Shown here: positions 1 to 8,587 of the stretch, one piece after another
Layout of the letters: every line of letters begins with the position of its first letter
Numbering within the stretch: position 1 is the first letter of the stretch
NCBI GenBank assembly: GCA_038231455.1
Contig: JBBRLI010000013.1
Location: 27,147-91,146, forward strand
Reading direction: 5' to 3'
DNA: 64,000 nt
Origin: Vulcanimicrobiales bacterium
GTDB taxonomy: Bacteria > Vulcanimicrobiota > Vulcanimicrobiia > Vulcanimicrobiales > Vulcanimicrobiaceae
Translations under genes and position numbers: made by a program
Notes under the pieces: generated by a model
The model's database searches: none
Seen by the model: the letters and a program-made list of their open reading frames with translations, nothing else
What the model was told of the DNA's origin: nothing

Positions 1-1
1 G

Positions 2-454
2 AACAACCAGATCGTCGCGCGGACGAATCGGGCGGGATACGCGGTCGTCCCGGGGCTTGGGTCGTACCTTCCCAGTATCGTCGGCATTTCCGATGTGAAT
101 CTGCCTTTTGATGAGTTGGTCGGCGGCGATCAACGTATCGCGCCCGGTTTCAAGGGCGCGGGCATCGTTCGCTACGCCTCGCATCGCGAACACGGAATCG
201 TTGGATCGGCGCAGGTCCGTCGAACGGGCCGCGGCGAGCCGGCCGCGTACGGACAGATCGAATTGCGTTTGGGTAAGGTCATCCAGACCTCACCGACCGA
301 TGCCGACGGACGATTTTATTTCGAACATCTGGCAACCGGTGTGTACGAAGCAACGATCTCGGACACATACGGCGTGCGCTGCACCGCACAGGTGCGCATC
401 CCAGAGTTTTCGGGCGCGCAATTCTCACTGGGGACAGTCACATGCGTCGAGTAG
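2..454 (+). CDS. Chaperone-usher (Csu/archaic type) outer-membrane usher, C-terminal part; 5' end outside window
   Basis: Frame is open from the window edge (NNQIVARTNRAGYAVVPGLGSYLPSIVGISDVNLP...), with a second 'SPTDADGRFYFEHL' repeat and a terminal Cys pair typical of usher C-terminal domains; overlaps the pilin gene. Confidence 0.7.
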   Translation, partial: NNQIVARTNRAGYAVVPGLGSYLPSIVGISDVNLPFDELVGGDQRIAPGFKGAGIVRYASHREHGIVGSAQVRRTGRGEPAAYGQIELRLGKVIQTSPTDADGRFYFEHLATGVYEATISDTYGVRCTAQVRIPEFSGAQFSLGTVTCVE

Positions 455-909
455 CGCTCGCTCTCGCACTCATCTGCGTCTTGTGCCGGCCCGCGATCGC
501 CGGGCCGCTTAGCTGTTCTGAGACCGCTACAAGCGGCCTGATCTTTACGAACGCATATAACGTGTACGCTCTCACCACGTACAGTGTCACGGCGACGGTC
601 GGCGTGACTTGCAACAAAAATAACGTCCCTTATACGATATCGGCCAACGCCGGGATGCATAGTGTGGCGCTTCCGAATCGAGACTTGAAGTACGTCAGCG
701 GGGCGGACGTACTTCCCTACTTCCTCTACACCACTGCCGCGCACACGACGGTTTTTGGTGACGGAACCAACGGCACGGCAATCATCAACGCAAATAACCC
801 AAGTTCTGGTACGCAGTATACAACCAGCATCTACGGAACGCTGGCGGCGGGTGCCGACGTGACGGCCGGTAGTTATACGGATACGGTCACGCTGACCGTC
901 ACGTATTAA
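442..909 (+). CDS. Spore coat U (SCPU)/Csu-type fimbrial pilin subunit
   Basis: Signal peptide, two Cys, 'LPYFLYTTAAHTTVFGDGT' and C-terminal 'AGSYTDTVTLTVTY' typical of Csu pilins. Confidence 0.85.
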   Translation: MRRVALALALICVLCRPAIAGPLSCSETATSGLIFTNAYNVYALTTYSVTATVGVTCNKNNVPYTISANAGMHSVALPNRDLKYVSGADVLPYFLYTTAAHTTVFGDGTNGTAIINANNPSSGTQYTTSIYGTLAAGADVTAGSYTDTVTLTVTY

Positions 910-915
910 TATCGA

Positions 916-1182
916 CTAACGCTTTTTCGTGACTTCGACGGTTGCGTGGAGTTCGCTCTCGTGACCGTCGGCATCGATCACGACGTTCCAATGACCGTCG
1001 CCGGGTGCTGCAAGAACGACCGGACTCGTGCGCGCATGACCGCCGATGAACTGATATTGGGCTTTTGATTTGAACAGCTTGAAGTTTGCGTCATCCATCA
1101 AACGCACGTTGGCTTGATGATCGAGCGTCACCCGGATTGCATCGCCTTCGCGCAATTTAAAGTGATAGTGAAGAATCTGCAT
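916..1182 (-). CDS. DUF1883-family small protein
   Basis: 'VTLDHQANVRLMDDANF...GGHARTSPV...GHWNVVID' resembles DUF1883. Confidence 0.7.
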   Translation of the reverse strand: MQILHYHFKLREGDAIRVTLDHQANVRLMDDANFKLFKSKAQYQFIGGHARTSPVVLAAPGDGHWNVVIDADGHESELHATVEVTKKR

Positions 1183-1287
1183 TCGAACCTCAAGCCGATA
1201 TTAAATTTAGATTACCCCGAAACACGCTCGCTCACGCATCGGTATCTTGGGCGACAACCTCTCACCGGTTCAAGAAAGTAGCGCAAG

Positions 1288-1602
1288 ATGATCAATCTCA
1301 CGCGTGCGACGCTCGTCGCCTGCGGTGTCTTTACCATTGCCGTCTCGTCGGCGCTCCCGGCGGTCGCCTCGGATTCGGGAATCGTTTCGTTTCGCTGCGC
1401 CTCCGCTGATGCCGGGTGCAACGTCGAAATACGATTGGGCACCCTGGATAGCCCCGATCAGGCGGCCCCGTACGGCTCAAAACACATCGACAAAGACTCC
1501 ACCTGGGACGTCGATTCCGGCGGCCTCTACGTGTTTTACAAAGGCAAAGACGGCTCGTGGCAGCGCGTTGCCGGAAATCGCGATTCGAAAATCGACCTCT
1601 GA
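1288..1602 (+). CDS. Hypothetical secreted protein
   Basis: N-terminal signal-peptide-like hydrophobic stretch ending AVA; 104 aa. Confidence 0.55.
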   Translation: MINLTRATLVACGVFTIAVSSALPAVASDSGIVSFRCASADAGCNVEIRLGTLDSPDQAAPYGSKHIDKDSTWDVDSGGLYVFYKGKDGSWQRVAGNRDSKIDL

Positions 1603-1628
1603 TTTGTCGTGAAATGTGCGGGTCGCTC

Positions 1629-1658
1629 TTGACAGCGGCCTGCACATCCCGGTAGGCT
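1629..1658 (+). promoter_or_regulatory. Sigma70-type promoter for the aro leader (TTGACA-N18-TAGGCT)
   Basis: TTGACA 1629-1634 and TAGGCT 1653-1658, 7 nt before the leader ATG. Confidence 0.6.
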
Positions 1659-1665
1659 CAGCGTA

Positions 1666-1728
1666 ATGAACGCGAAGTGGTTTAGCTACTGGTATTTTAC
1701 GTCGCTCCAACGGATCGGCGCCGGTTAG
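1666..1728 (+). CDS. Aromatic amino acid leader peptide MNAKWFSYWYFTSLQRIGAG (20 aa)
   Basis: Six aromatic codons within seven consecutive positions (W F S Y W Y F), upstream of a terminator and DAHP synthase. Confidence 0.85.
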   Translation: MNAKWFSYWYFTSLQRIGAG

Positions 1729-1763
1729 CGTTTTCTCACTTCTTCGATAGCGATTTTGAGAAC

Positions 1764-1795
1764 AAAGCTGCCCGCCGATGCGGGCGGCTTTTTTT
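1764..1795 (+). terminator. Intrinsic attenuator terminator upstream of aroF
   Basis: aaagctgcccgc-cgat-gcgggcggc followed by T7. Confidence 0.85.
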
Positions 1796-1820
1796 ATTCC
1801 CCACAGAGGAGCCTCGACCG

Positions 1821-2660
1821 ATGATCGCCCCGTGCACGCCCTGGACCCCATCGCTCTTGCCGGCAAGCGCCGAGCAGTGGCCGCTCGTCGCGCGGCGCGG
1901 TAACGAATCGACGCTCGTGCACGTCGGTGATGCCGTCTTTGGGGCGGAGGATTTCGTCGTGATCGGCGGGCCGTGTTCGGTCGAATCGCCTGCGCAGATC
2001 GACGCTGCCGCGGCGGCCGTCGCGCGCTCCGGCGGCAAGCTGCTCCGTGGCGGCGCGTTCAAGCCGCGCACCAATCCGTACGCGTTCCAGGGGCTGGGTT
2101 GGGATGGGGTCGATCTGCTCGCGGCCGCCGGACGCCGTTACGGGCTACCGGTGGTGAGTGAAGTGATGTCGATCGACCAAGTCGATCGCATGGCAGAATC
2201 CATCGACGTGCTGCAAGTTGGGGCGCGCAATATGCAAAACTTCGATCTCTTACGTGCCGTCGGCCGTTCGCATCGACCGGTCTTACTCAAACGCGGCATG
2301 AGTGCGACGCTCGACGAACTGCTCTGCGCTGCAGAATACATCGTCAACGAAGGCAACAAGAATGTGATCTTGTGCGAGCGTGGGATTCGCACGTTCGAAA
2401 CCTCGACGCGCAATACGCTCGATCTCGGCGCAATCGTCGTGCTCCGCGAACGCACGCACTTGCCGATCATCGTCGATCCCTCGCACGCGGTAGGTGTACG
2501 GCGTTGGATTCCACCGCTCTGTCGCGCGGCGCAAGCCGTCGGCGCGCATGGCTTGATGATTGAAGTGCATCCCGAACCGTGCGAGGCGCTCTGCGACCGC
2601 GACCAAGCCCTCGACCTTGAGGACTTCGCCGCGGTCATGGCATCGCTTAAGCGGGGCTGA
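1821..2660 (+). CDS. aroF: 3-deoxy-7-phosphoheptulonate (DAHP) synthase, type I-beta, catalytic domain only
   Basis: [41 protein letters not shown] and EVHP motifs. Confidence 0.92.
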   Translation: MIAPCTPWTPSLLPASAEQWPLVARRGNESTLVHVGDAVFGAEDFVVIGGPCSVESPAQIDAAAAAVARSGGKLLRGGAFKPRTNPYAFQGLGWDGVDLLAAAGRRYGLPVVSEVMSIDQVDRMAESIDVLQVGARNMQNFDLLRAVGRSHRPVLLKRGMSATLDELLCAAEYIVNEGNKNVILCERGIRTFETSTRNTLDLGAIVVLRERTHLPIIVDPSHAVGVRRWIPPLCRAAQAVGAHGLMIEVHPEPCEALCDRDQALDLEDFAAVMASLKRG

Positions 2661-3963
2661 GCTCGCGGCGAAAGGATTCCGTCGCTGCGAAGGCTTGCGC
2701 GAGATCGGCGATGAGATCGTCCGCATCTTCGATGCCAACCGAGAGTCGTACGAGATCGGGCGTGACGCCGGCCTCGATTTGTTCGACGACCGTAAGCTGT
2801 TGGTGCGTCGTCGTCGATGGGTGGATCGCAAGCGACTTTGCATCGCCGACGTTCGCGAGCAGAGAGAACAGCTTGAGTGCATCGATGAACGCCTTGGCCG
2901 CGGCAGCGCCGCCTTTCACGCCGAACGTAAGGATCGCGCCCTGCCCTTTGGGCAAGTACTTCTTGGCAAGCGGATGAGCGCGATCACCTTCGAGTCCCGG
3001 ATACTGCACCCACACGACCTCGCCGCGGCCTTGTAAGAACGTTGCGACGCGCAGCGCGTTTGTCGAGTGGCGCTCGACGCGTAAGCCGAGCGTCTCGAGG
3101 CCCTGAAGAAGAAGCCAGCCGTTGAACGGTGAGAGCGAGGATCCCAAGTCTCGCAGCAACTGGACCCGTGCTTTGACGATGAATGCCATGTTCCCGAACG
3201 AGGCTACGTAGCGAACGCCATGATACGACGGATCGGGGTCGGTGAGTTCGGGGAATTTTCCCGATGCGGCCCAATCGAAGTTGCCGCCGTCGACGATGAC
3301 GCCGCCGATTGTCGTTCCGTGTCCGCCGATAAATTTCGTCGCCGAGTGGGTGACGACGTTTGCGCCGTGTTTGATCGGATTGCTCAGATACGGCGTCGCA
3401 AGCGTGTTATCGACGATGAGCGGGATCTTCGCTTCGTGGGCGATAGCGGCCACCGCTTCGATGTCGAGTACGTCGACTTTCGGATTGCCGATGGTCTCTG
3501 CAAAAATCGCCTTCGTATTGGGTTTGATCGCGTTTTTGAAATTCGCGAGCTTACCCGGGTCGACGAGCGTCACCTCGATGCCGAATTTTGGCAGCGTGTG
3601 GACGAAGGCGGAGTGCGTCCCGCCGTACAGCGATGCGGAGCTTACGATGTGATCGCCTGCGCGGGCGATGTTGAGAATCGCGAAGATGTTCGCCGCTTGT
3701 CCTGAGGCGACGGCAAGTGCACCAACGCCGCCTTCGAGGACGGCGAGCCGCTGTTCGAGCACGTCGTTTGTGGGGTTCATGATACGCGTGTAGATGTTGC
3801 CGAACTCTTGGAGTCCGAAGAGACGCTCCGCGTGCGCGGTATCATCGAAGGTGTAGGACGTCGTTTGATAGATTGGAACGGCCCGGGCCTTCGTCGTTGG
3901 GTCGCCGCTATGACCCGCGTGAATTGCTGCGGTATCGAACTTGTACGCGTGCTCGTCGGACAT
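2647..3963 (-). CDS. metY: O-acetylhomoserine aminocarboxypropyltransferase (sulfhydrylase)
   Basis: [32 protein letters not shown] (PLP lysine), [14 protein letters not shown]. Confidence 0.93.
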   Translation of the reverse strand: MSDEHAYKFDTAAIHAGHSGDPTTKARAVPIYQTTSYTFDDTAHAERLFGLQEFGNIYTRIMNPTNDVLEQRLAVLEGGVGALAVASGQAANIFAILNIARAGDHIVSSASLYGGTHSAFVHTLPKFGIEVTLVDPGKLANFKNAIKPNTKAIFAETIGNPKVDVLDIEAVAAIAHEAKIPLIVDNTLATPYLSNPIKHGANVVTHSATKFIGGHGTTIGGVIVDGGNFDWAASGKFPELTDPDPSYHGVRYVASFGNMAFIVKARVQLLRDLGSSLSPFNGWLLLQGLETLGLRVERHSTNALRVATFLQGRGEVVWVQYPGLEGDRAHPLAKKYLPKGQGAILTFGVKGGAAAAKAFIDALKLFSLLANVGDAKSLAIHPSTTTHQQLTVVEQIEAGVTPDLVRLSVGIEDADDLIADLAQAFAATESFRRELSPA

Positions 3964-4001
3964 CGGTGTTCCTCGCTTGTGAGTGGCGAAAGATGGAGTG
4001 G

Positions 4002-4041
4002 AAAGAAGAAGCCCCGCAGCCGGTGTCCGGTGCGGGGCTTC
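4002..4041 (-). terminator. Intrinsic attenuator terminator upstream of metY
   Basis: Minus strand gaagccccgca...tgcggggcttc stem followed by ttcttt. Confidence 0.75.
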
Positions 4042-4066
4042 GTTTATTCGGTTGCTGCGGTTGCTG

Positions 4067-4144
4067 CTAGCCGACGAAAACCCGACACCGGTCCATAATG
4101 GTGGTGCTCGTGCAGGTCATCGTCGTCATCCAGGCGGCGTTCAT
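4067..4144 (-). CDS. Met/Thr/Cys-rich leader peptide [25 protein letters not shown] (25 aa)
   Basis: 4 Met, 6 Thr, 2 Cys, 1 Ile; its 3' part (4074-4091) is complementary to the terminator arm (4027-4043). Confidence 0.8.
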   Translation of the reverse strand: MNAAWMTTMTCTSTTIMDRCRVFVG

Positions 4145-4150
4145 GTGAGC

Positions 4151-5242
4151 CTAGGAGTAACACGGGACGAGTCGCCCTGTCAAGGCATCGGTGAACGCGC
4201 GTGAGGAAAGCGAGGGTTCACCGGGGCCGACTAAATCCGCCGTACGGGCGCCGGCCGCGTAGGTGGCTCGAACGGCTTCCTCGATCGCGCGCGCGTTTGC
4301 CTCATCGCCGAGGCTGAAGCGCAAGAGCAGGGCGGCGGAGAGGATCGCTGCGGTGGGATTGGCGATCCCGAGGCCCGCGATATCGGGTGCCGTGCCGGCG
4401 ATCGGCTCGTAGAGGCCGAATTTGCCACCGGACGCGGCACGCGTGCCGACGCTCGCGCTCGGCGCCGTTCCGATCGATCCGCCAAGTGCTGCGGCCTCAT
4501 CGGAGAGAATGTCGCCGAACATATTTTCCATCACGAGCACATCGAAGCGGCCGGGGTCGCGCACCAACTGCATCGCGGCGTTATCGACGAGCAGATGATC
4601 GAAGGCCACATCCGGATAGTCGGCCGCAACGCGAATGGCCGTCTTACGCCACAGTTGCGAGTTGACCAAGACGTTCACTTTGTCGACGGAGGTCAACCGT
4701 TTGGAACGCGTTCGTGCAAGCTCGAATGCGAAGCGCACAACACGCTCGATATCGGGCGCACGGTAACTCATCGTCTCGCACGCACACTCGACTCCATCGA
4801 TCGTCTCGATCGTTTTCTCACCGAAGTACAGTCCGCCGGTCAGTTCGCGGACGATGATGAGGTCGAGCTGACTTGCCAGATCCGCGCGCAGCGGCGAGCG
4901 CGATTCGAGCCCGGCGAACATCGTCGCCGGGCGCACGTTTGCGTAGAGGTCGAAGTGTTTGCGTAAAGTGAGCAGCGCGTACTCGGGTCGCTGCTGCGGC
5001 GATGCGCCGTCGAACTGTGTGCCACCGACAGCACCGAAGAGAATTGCATCTGCCCGCTCGCAGCCCGCAAGCGTCGCATCCGGCAGTGAGGTTCCGTGCG
5101 CGGCAACCGCCGCGGCACCGACAGCAAATTCTTCAAAGGCGAGATCCGGCCGCACCAGCGCGAGCACGCGCTGCGCGCAGGCCGTGACTTCGGGACCGAT
5201 CCCATCTCCTGGGAGAACGGCGATCATCGCGCGTGCTGCCAC
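4151..5242 (-). CDS. leuB: 3-isopropylmalate dehydrogenase
   Basis: [43 protein letters not shown]; alternative ATG at 5227 overlaps the leuD stop. Confidence 0.93.
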   Translation of the reverse strand: MAARAMIAVLPGDGIGPEVTACAQRVLALVRPDLAFEEFAVGAAAVAAHGTSLPDATLAGCERADAILFGAVGGTQFDGASPQQRPEYALLTLRKHFDLYANVRPATMFAGLESRSPLRADLASQLDLIIVRELTGGLYFGEKTIETIDGVECACETMSYRAPDIERVVRFAFELARTRSKRLTSVDKVNVLVNSQLWRKTAIRVAADYPDVAFDHLLVDNAAMQLVRDPGRFDVLVMENMFGDILSDEAAALGGSIGTAPSASVGTRAASGGKFGLYEPIAGTAPDIAGLGIANPTAAILSAALLLRFSLGDEANARAIEEAVRATYAAGARTADLVGPGEPSLSSRAFTDALTGRLVPCYS

Positions 5243-5748
5243 GCGCGCACGGTATCGATTTTACTGGCAAGATACGGTAAGAATCCGCCGCCCAAGATGA
5301 ACTGCTTGCGCAGTTCGTCGAGTTCAAATGCGACCGGTGCTTCGTCATCCGCTTGTACGGTTTGCTTCGCGACGTCGATCGTGATCGAGCGCGCGCGGGC
5401 GAAACCCTCGATCATCGCATCCGGTACGACCACCGGCACGATTGCGTTCGTATACGCATTCTCAAGAAAAATGCGCGCAAAGCTCGACGCGATGACCGCG
5501 CGGAAGCCGCGAGCCGTGAGCGCCCACGCCGCATGCTCGCGCGAACTGCCGCAGCCGAAGTTTTCGCCGGCCACAACGATGTTCGCCCCGGGCGACTCCG
5601 CCAGGAGCTCGGCGCCGCCGGCCATGCCGGTGAAGAGATGTTCGCCCAAGCCCTCGGTATCGATGCCGGTGAGGTATCGTGCGGGGATGATTTGGTCGGT
5701 ATCGACGTTTGCCCGACGGAGCGGAAGCGGTTTGCCGGTCACGATCAT
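5224..5748 (-). CDS. leuD: 3-isopropylmalate dehydratase small subunit
   Basis: NVDTDQIIPARYL, NFGCGSSREHA; ATG at 5748 overlaps the leuC stop. Confidence 0.92.
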   Translation of the reverse strand: MIVTGKPLPLRRANVDTDQIIPARYLTGIDTEGLGEHLFTGMAGGAELLAESPGANIVVAGENFGCGSSREHAAWALTARGFRAVIASSFARIFLENAYTNAIVPVVVPDAMIEGFARARSITIDVAKQTVQADDEAPVAFELDELRKQFILGGGFLPYLASKIDTVRAWQHAR

Positions 5749-7082
5749 ACGAGTGCCTCTTCGCGAATGGGCGCGCCGATGTCGGCTGGCGATGCGATAC
5801 GACCGAGTAGCGCGCTTGCTGCTACGATCGCGGGTGATGCGAGATGGACGCGTCCGCCATCGCCCATCCGGCCTTGGAAATTGCGGTTCGATGAAGAGAT
5901 GCAACGCATCCCCGGAGCGAGTACGCCCATCGACATCCCCAAACACGGACCGCACGACGAGTGCGTCCAAAGCGCCCCCGCATCTTGAAAAATTTCGTGC
6001 AGACCTTCGCGTTCCGCAGCACGTTTGACGGCCTGCGATCCCGGCGTGATGATCGTCGGAATAACGACGTTCTTTCCACGCAGAACGCGCGCCGCTTCGC
6101 GCAAATCGCCGATGCGCGAATTGGTACAAGAGCCGATGAACGCTTGGTCGAGCACGATCTCGCTCATCTTATCGCCAACCCGCAAGTCCATATAGTCGAG
6201 TGAAGCTGCGGCGGCACCGACCGGGACGACGCCATCGATCGGTGCGTTCTCGCCGGGATTCGTCCCCCAGGTTACCAGCGGACGAACCGCGTTTCCATCG
6301 ATCGTGACGCTCGCCGCGTAGCGTGCGTCGCGATCGGCGCGTAAGAAAAGCCAGTCACTAGGAGCTTCTTGCGTTTTCTCAAGATAGGCCGCGGTCACGC
6401 CGTCGGCCGCAATAATTCCAGTCGTCGCCCCCGCCTCGATTGCCATATTGCAAAGCGTCATACGCTGCTCCATGTCGAGCGAGTCGATCGCCGAGCCCGT
6501 GTACTCCAAAACGTACCCCGTGCCGCCACGAAAACCGATCTCGGCGATCACGGCGAGCGCCAAGTCTTTCGCGCTAGCGGACGGGTGCAGTTCTCCCTTT
6601 ACCTCGACGCGCATAACTTTGGGTCGCTGTAAGATCAGACATCCCGCAAGCATCGCGCCCGCTTGCGCGGTGGTCCCGATGCCCAGCGCAAAGGCACCAA
6701 AAGCGCCGAGCGTACACGTGTGGCTATCTCCACAGCAAACCGTCGATCCGGGCGTGACGTAGCCGCGCTCGGGGACGATAACATGGCAGATTCCGCCCTC
6801 GCCGATATCGTAGAGCCGGATGCCCTGACGTTTTGCCCACGTGCGCAAGACCTGCGCTTGAATCGCCGTGGCCGTGTCTTTCGCGGGCGACACGTGATCG
6901 TTAACCGCAACGATACGGTCGCGGTCGTAGAGGCAGTCGCCATACTCTTTCTCGATCGCGATCGCGCCCTGGGGTGTGGTAATCTCGTGCGCGACGACGC
7001 GGTCCATGAAGACCAGCGCGTTGCCGCCGGGAAGTTCTTCGACGACATGCGCGTCCCAAATTTTATCGAAGAGCGAACGCAT
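5745..7082 (-). CDS. leuC: 3-isopropylmalate dehydratase large subunit
   Basis: LFDKIWDAHVV, HEITTPQ, CGDSHTCT, GSCTNSRI, CGPCLGM, SNRNFQGRMG; GGAGG upstream of ATG 7082. Confidence 0.93.
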   Translation of the reverse strand: MRSLFDKIWDAHVVEELPGGNALVFMDRVVAHEITTPQGAIAIEKEYGDCLYDRDRIVAVNDHVSPAKDTATAIQAQVLRTWAKRQGIRLYDIGEGGICHVIVPERGYVTPGSTVCCGDSHTCTLGAFGAFALGIGTTAQAGAMLAGCLILQRPKVMRVEVKGELHPSASAKDLALAVIAEIGFRGGTGYVLEYTGSAIDSLDMEQRMTLCNMAIEAGATTGIIAADGVTAAYLEKTQEAPSDWLFLRADRDARYAASVTIDGNAVRPLVTWGTNPGENAPIDGVVPVGAAAASLDYMDLRVGDKMSEIVLDQAFIGSCTNSRIGDLREAARVLRGKNVVIPTIITPGSQAVKRAAEREGLHEIFQDAGALWTHSSCGPCLGMSMGVLAPGMRCISSSNRNFQGRMGDGGRVHLASPAIVAASALLGRIASPADIGAPIREEALV

Positions 7083-8238
7083 CGGAGGCCTCCGTGGTAA
7101 TCGCATGCGCGATCGCAAGCAAATCGTCGTCGGTGGCATTGCGCCGCGTCTCGACGAATTTACGGAATGCTTCTTCGAAGCGCGCCGACCCTTCGGCGCC
7201 GAAGATGATACCCAAATCCGAGATGCGCGTGAGCAAGGCGTTGCGGCCCGAGTTGCGTGAGAGCGGCAAACGCGTCGCCGCACCGACGCTACTTGGGTCG
7301 ACGATTTCGTAGGTTCGGCGATCTTTGATCATCCCGTCCTGATGGATGCCGGATTCGTGCGCGAAGGCATTCGCTCCGACGATCGCCTTGTTTTTCTGCA
7401 CTGGCATGTCGGTTGCACGTGAGACCTCAGCCGAGAGTTCGGCGATGCGGTCGCTGCGAAATCCGGTCGTACATTTGAAACGGTCGTGCCGGATCGTCAT
7501 TGCGACGGCAACTTCTTCGAGCGCGCAGTTGCCCGCCCGCTCGCCGATCCCGTTAATCGTGCACTCGACTTGGCGCGCACCCGCGCCGACCGCCGAAAGG
7601 GCGTTTGCCGTTGCAAGACCCAGATCGTCGTGCGTGTGGACGCTCACGATCACGTTCTCGATCCCCGGGACTTCGCGGACGATGCGTTCCACCAAGTCCG
7701 CCATCTCTGCGGGTGTCGTGTAACCGACGGTATCCGGGACGTTGATCGTGGTGGCACCGGCGCGAATCGCTGTTGCGTACACCGCAAACAATAACGCCGA
7801 ATCGCTGCGGGTAGCGTCTTCGGCAGAGAACTCGATGTTATCGCATTTGGACTTCGCATACGCAACGTTGGTCGCGACTCGCGCAATGACGTCTTCGCGC
7901 GTCGTGCGCAGTTTGCGCTCGATGTGAATATCGCTCGTCGCAATGAAGACGTGCAGGCGCGGTGATTGCGCTTCTTTGATCGACTCCCACGCGATGTCGA
8001 TATCGCCCGTGGTACAGCGCGCGAGGGCCGCGATCTGACTGCCGCGCACGTTTCGGGCAATCTCGGCCACGCTCTTCGCGACGATCGGCGAGGCTGCGGG
8101 AAAGCCGGCCTCGATGATGTCGACGCCGGCGTCGGCGAGCATATGCGCGATGCGCAGCCGGTCATCCGGGGACATCGTCGCGCCGGGCGACTGTTCGCCA
8201 TCACGCAGGGTCGTATCAAAGAGATAAACGCGGTCCAT
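7063..8238 (-). CDS. leuA: 2-isopropylmalate synthase, short form (391 aa)
   Basis: FDTTLRDGEQSPG, HTHDDLGLA, NGIGERAGN, AFAHESGIHQDG; ends before the usual C-terminal regulatory domain. Confidence 0.9.
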   Translation of the reverse strand: MDRVYLFDTTLRDGEQSPGATMSPDDRLRIAHMLADAGVDIIEAGFPAASPIVAKSVAEIARNVRGSQIAALARCTTGDIDIAWESIKEAQSPRLHVFIATSDIHIERKLRTTREDVIARVATNVAYAKSKCDNIEFSAEDATRSDSALLFAVYATAIRAGATTINVPDTVGYTTPAEMADLVERIVREVPGIENVIVSVHTHDDLGLATANALSAVGAGARQVECTINGIGERAGNCALEEVAVAMTIRHDRFKCTTGFRSDRIAELSAEVSRATDMPVQKNKAIVGANAFAHESGIHQDGMIKDRRTYEIVDPSSVGAATRLPLSRNSGRNALLTRISDLGIIFGAEGSARFEEAFRKFVETRRNATDDDLLAIAHAITTEASDAFALR

Positions 8239-8250
8239 GCTAGTTCTCCA

Positions 8251-8291
8251 AGAAAAAAAGAAGCGAGGTCTCCGACTCGGGAGCCTCGCTT
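8251..8291 (-). terminator. Intrinsic attenuator terminator upstream of leuA
   Basis: Minus strand aagcgagg...cctcgctt stem followed by ctttttttct. Confidence 0.8.
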
Positions 8292-8318
8292 GGTGTAATG
8301 CGGGCGTAACGAATCGGG

Positions 8319-8372
8319 CTATCGAGGCCGGTAGCGAAGTCGGAGTAGAAGCGGAAGTCGGCGCAGGATCAT
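8319..8372 (-). CDS. leuL: Leu-rich leader peptide MILRRLPLLLRLRYRPR (17 aa)
   Basis: Six Leu codons (CTG, CTT, CTT, CTA, CTC, CTT); ATG overlaps the TGA of the upstream ACT gene (ATGA). Confidence 0.82.
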   Translation of the reverse strand: MILRRLPLLLRLRYRPR

Positions 8373-8587
8373 GTTGGGGCGAAGGCCGCGTCTTGCGCCG
8401 CGATCTGCGAGATTTTTGCATCGAGGCGGCGCAGTGCATCGGCGTCGCCTTCGAGCTTGAACGTTGCAAGCGTCAAATCGTCGTTGGTGCGCGCGTCGAT
8501 ACGCGCAAGCGAACAGCCAAAGCGCGGAGCGAGGTTGATGATCCGTGCGAGCAGACGCTGGTCGCGGAGGACGACAGAGATGGTCAC
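8369..8587 (-). CDS. ilvN: Acetolactate synthase small subunit-like single ACT-domain protein (72 aa)
   Basis: Position directly after ilvB with ATGA overlap; 'LLARIINLAPRFGCSL' ACT-like pattern; divergent. Confidence 0.6.
   Translation of the reverse strand: MTISVVLRDQRLLARIINLAPRFGCSLARIDARTNDDLTLATFKLEGDADALRRLDAKISQIAAQDAAFAPT

Noticed and set aside
2647-2660. Convergent 14-bp overlap of aroF and metY as antisense regulation
   Set aside because: Short tail-to-tail overlaps recur throughout this compact window and there is no specific evidence of function
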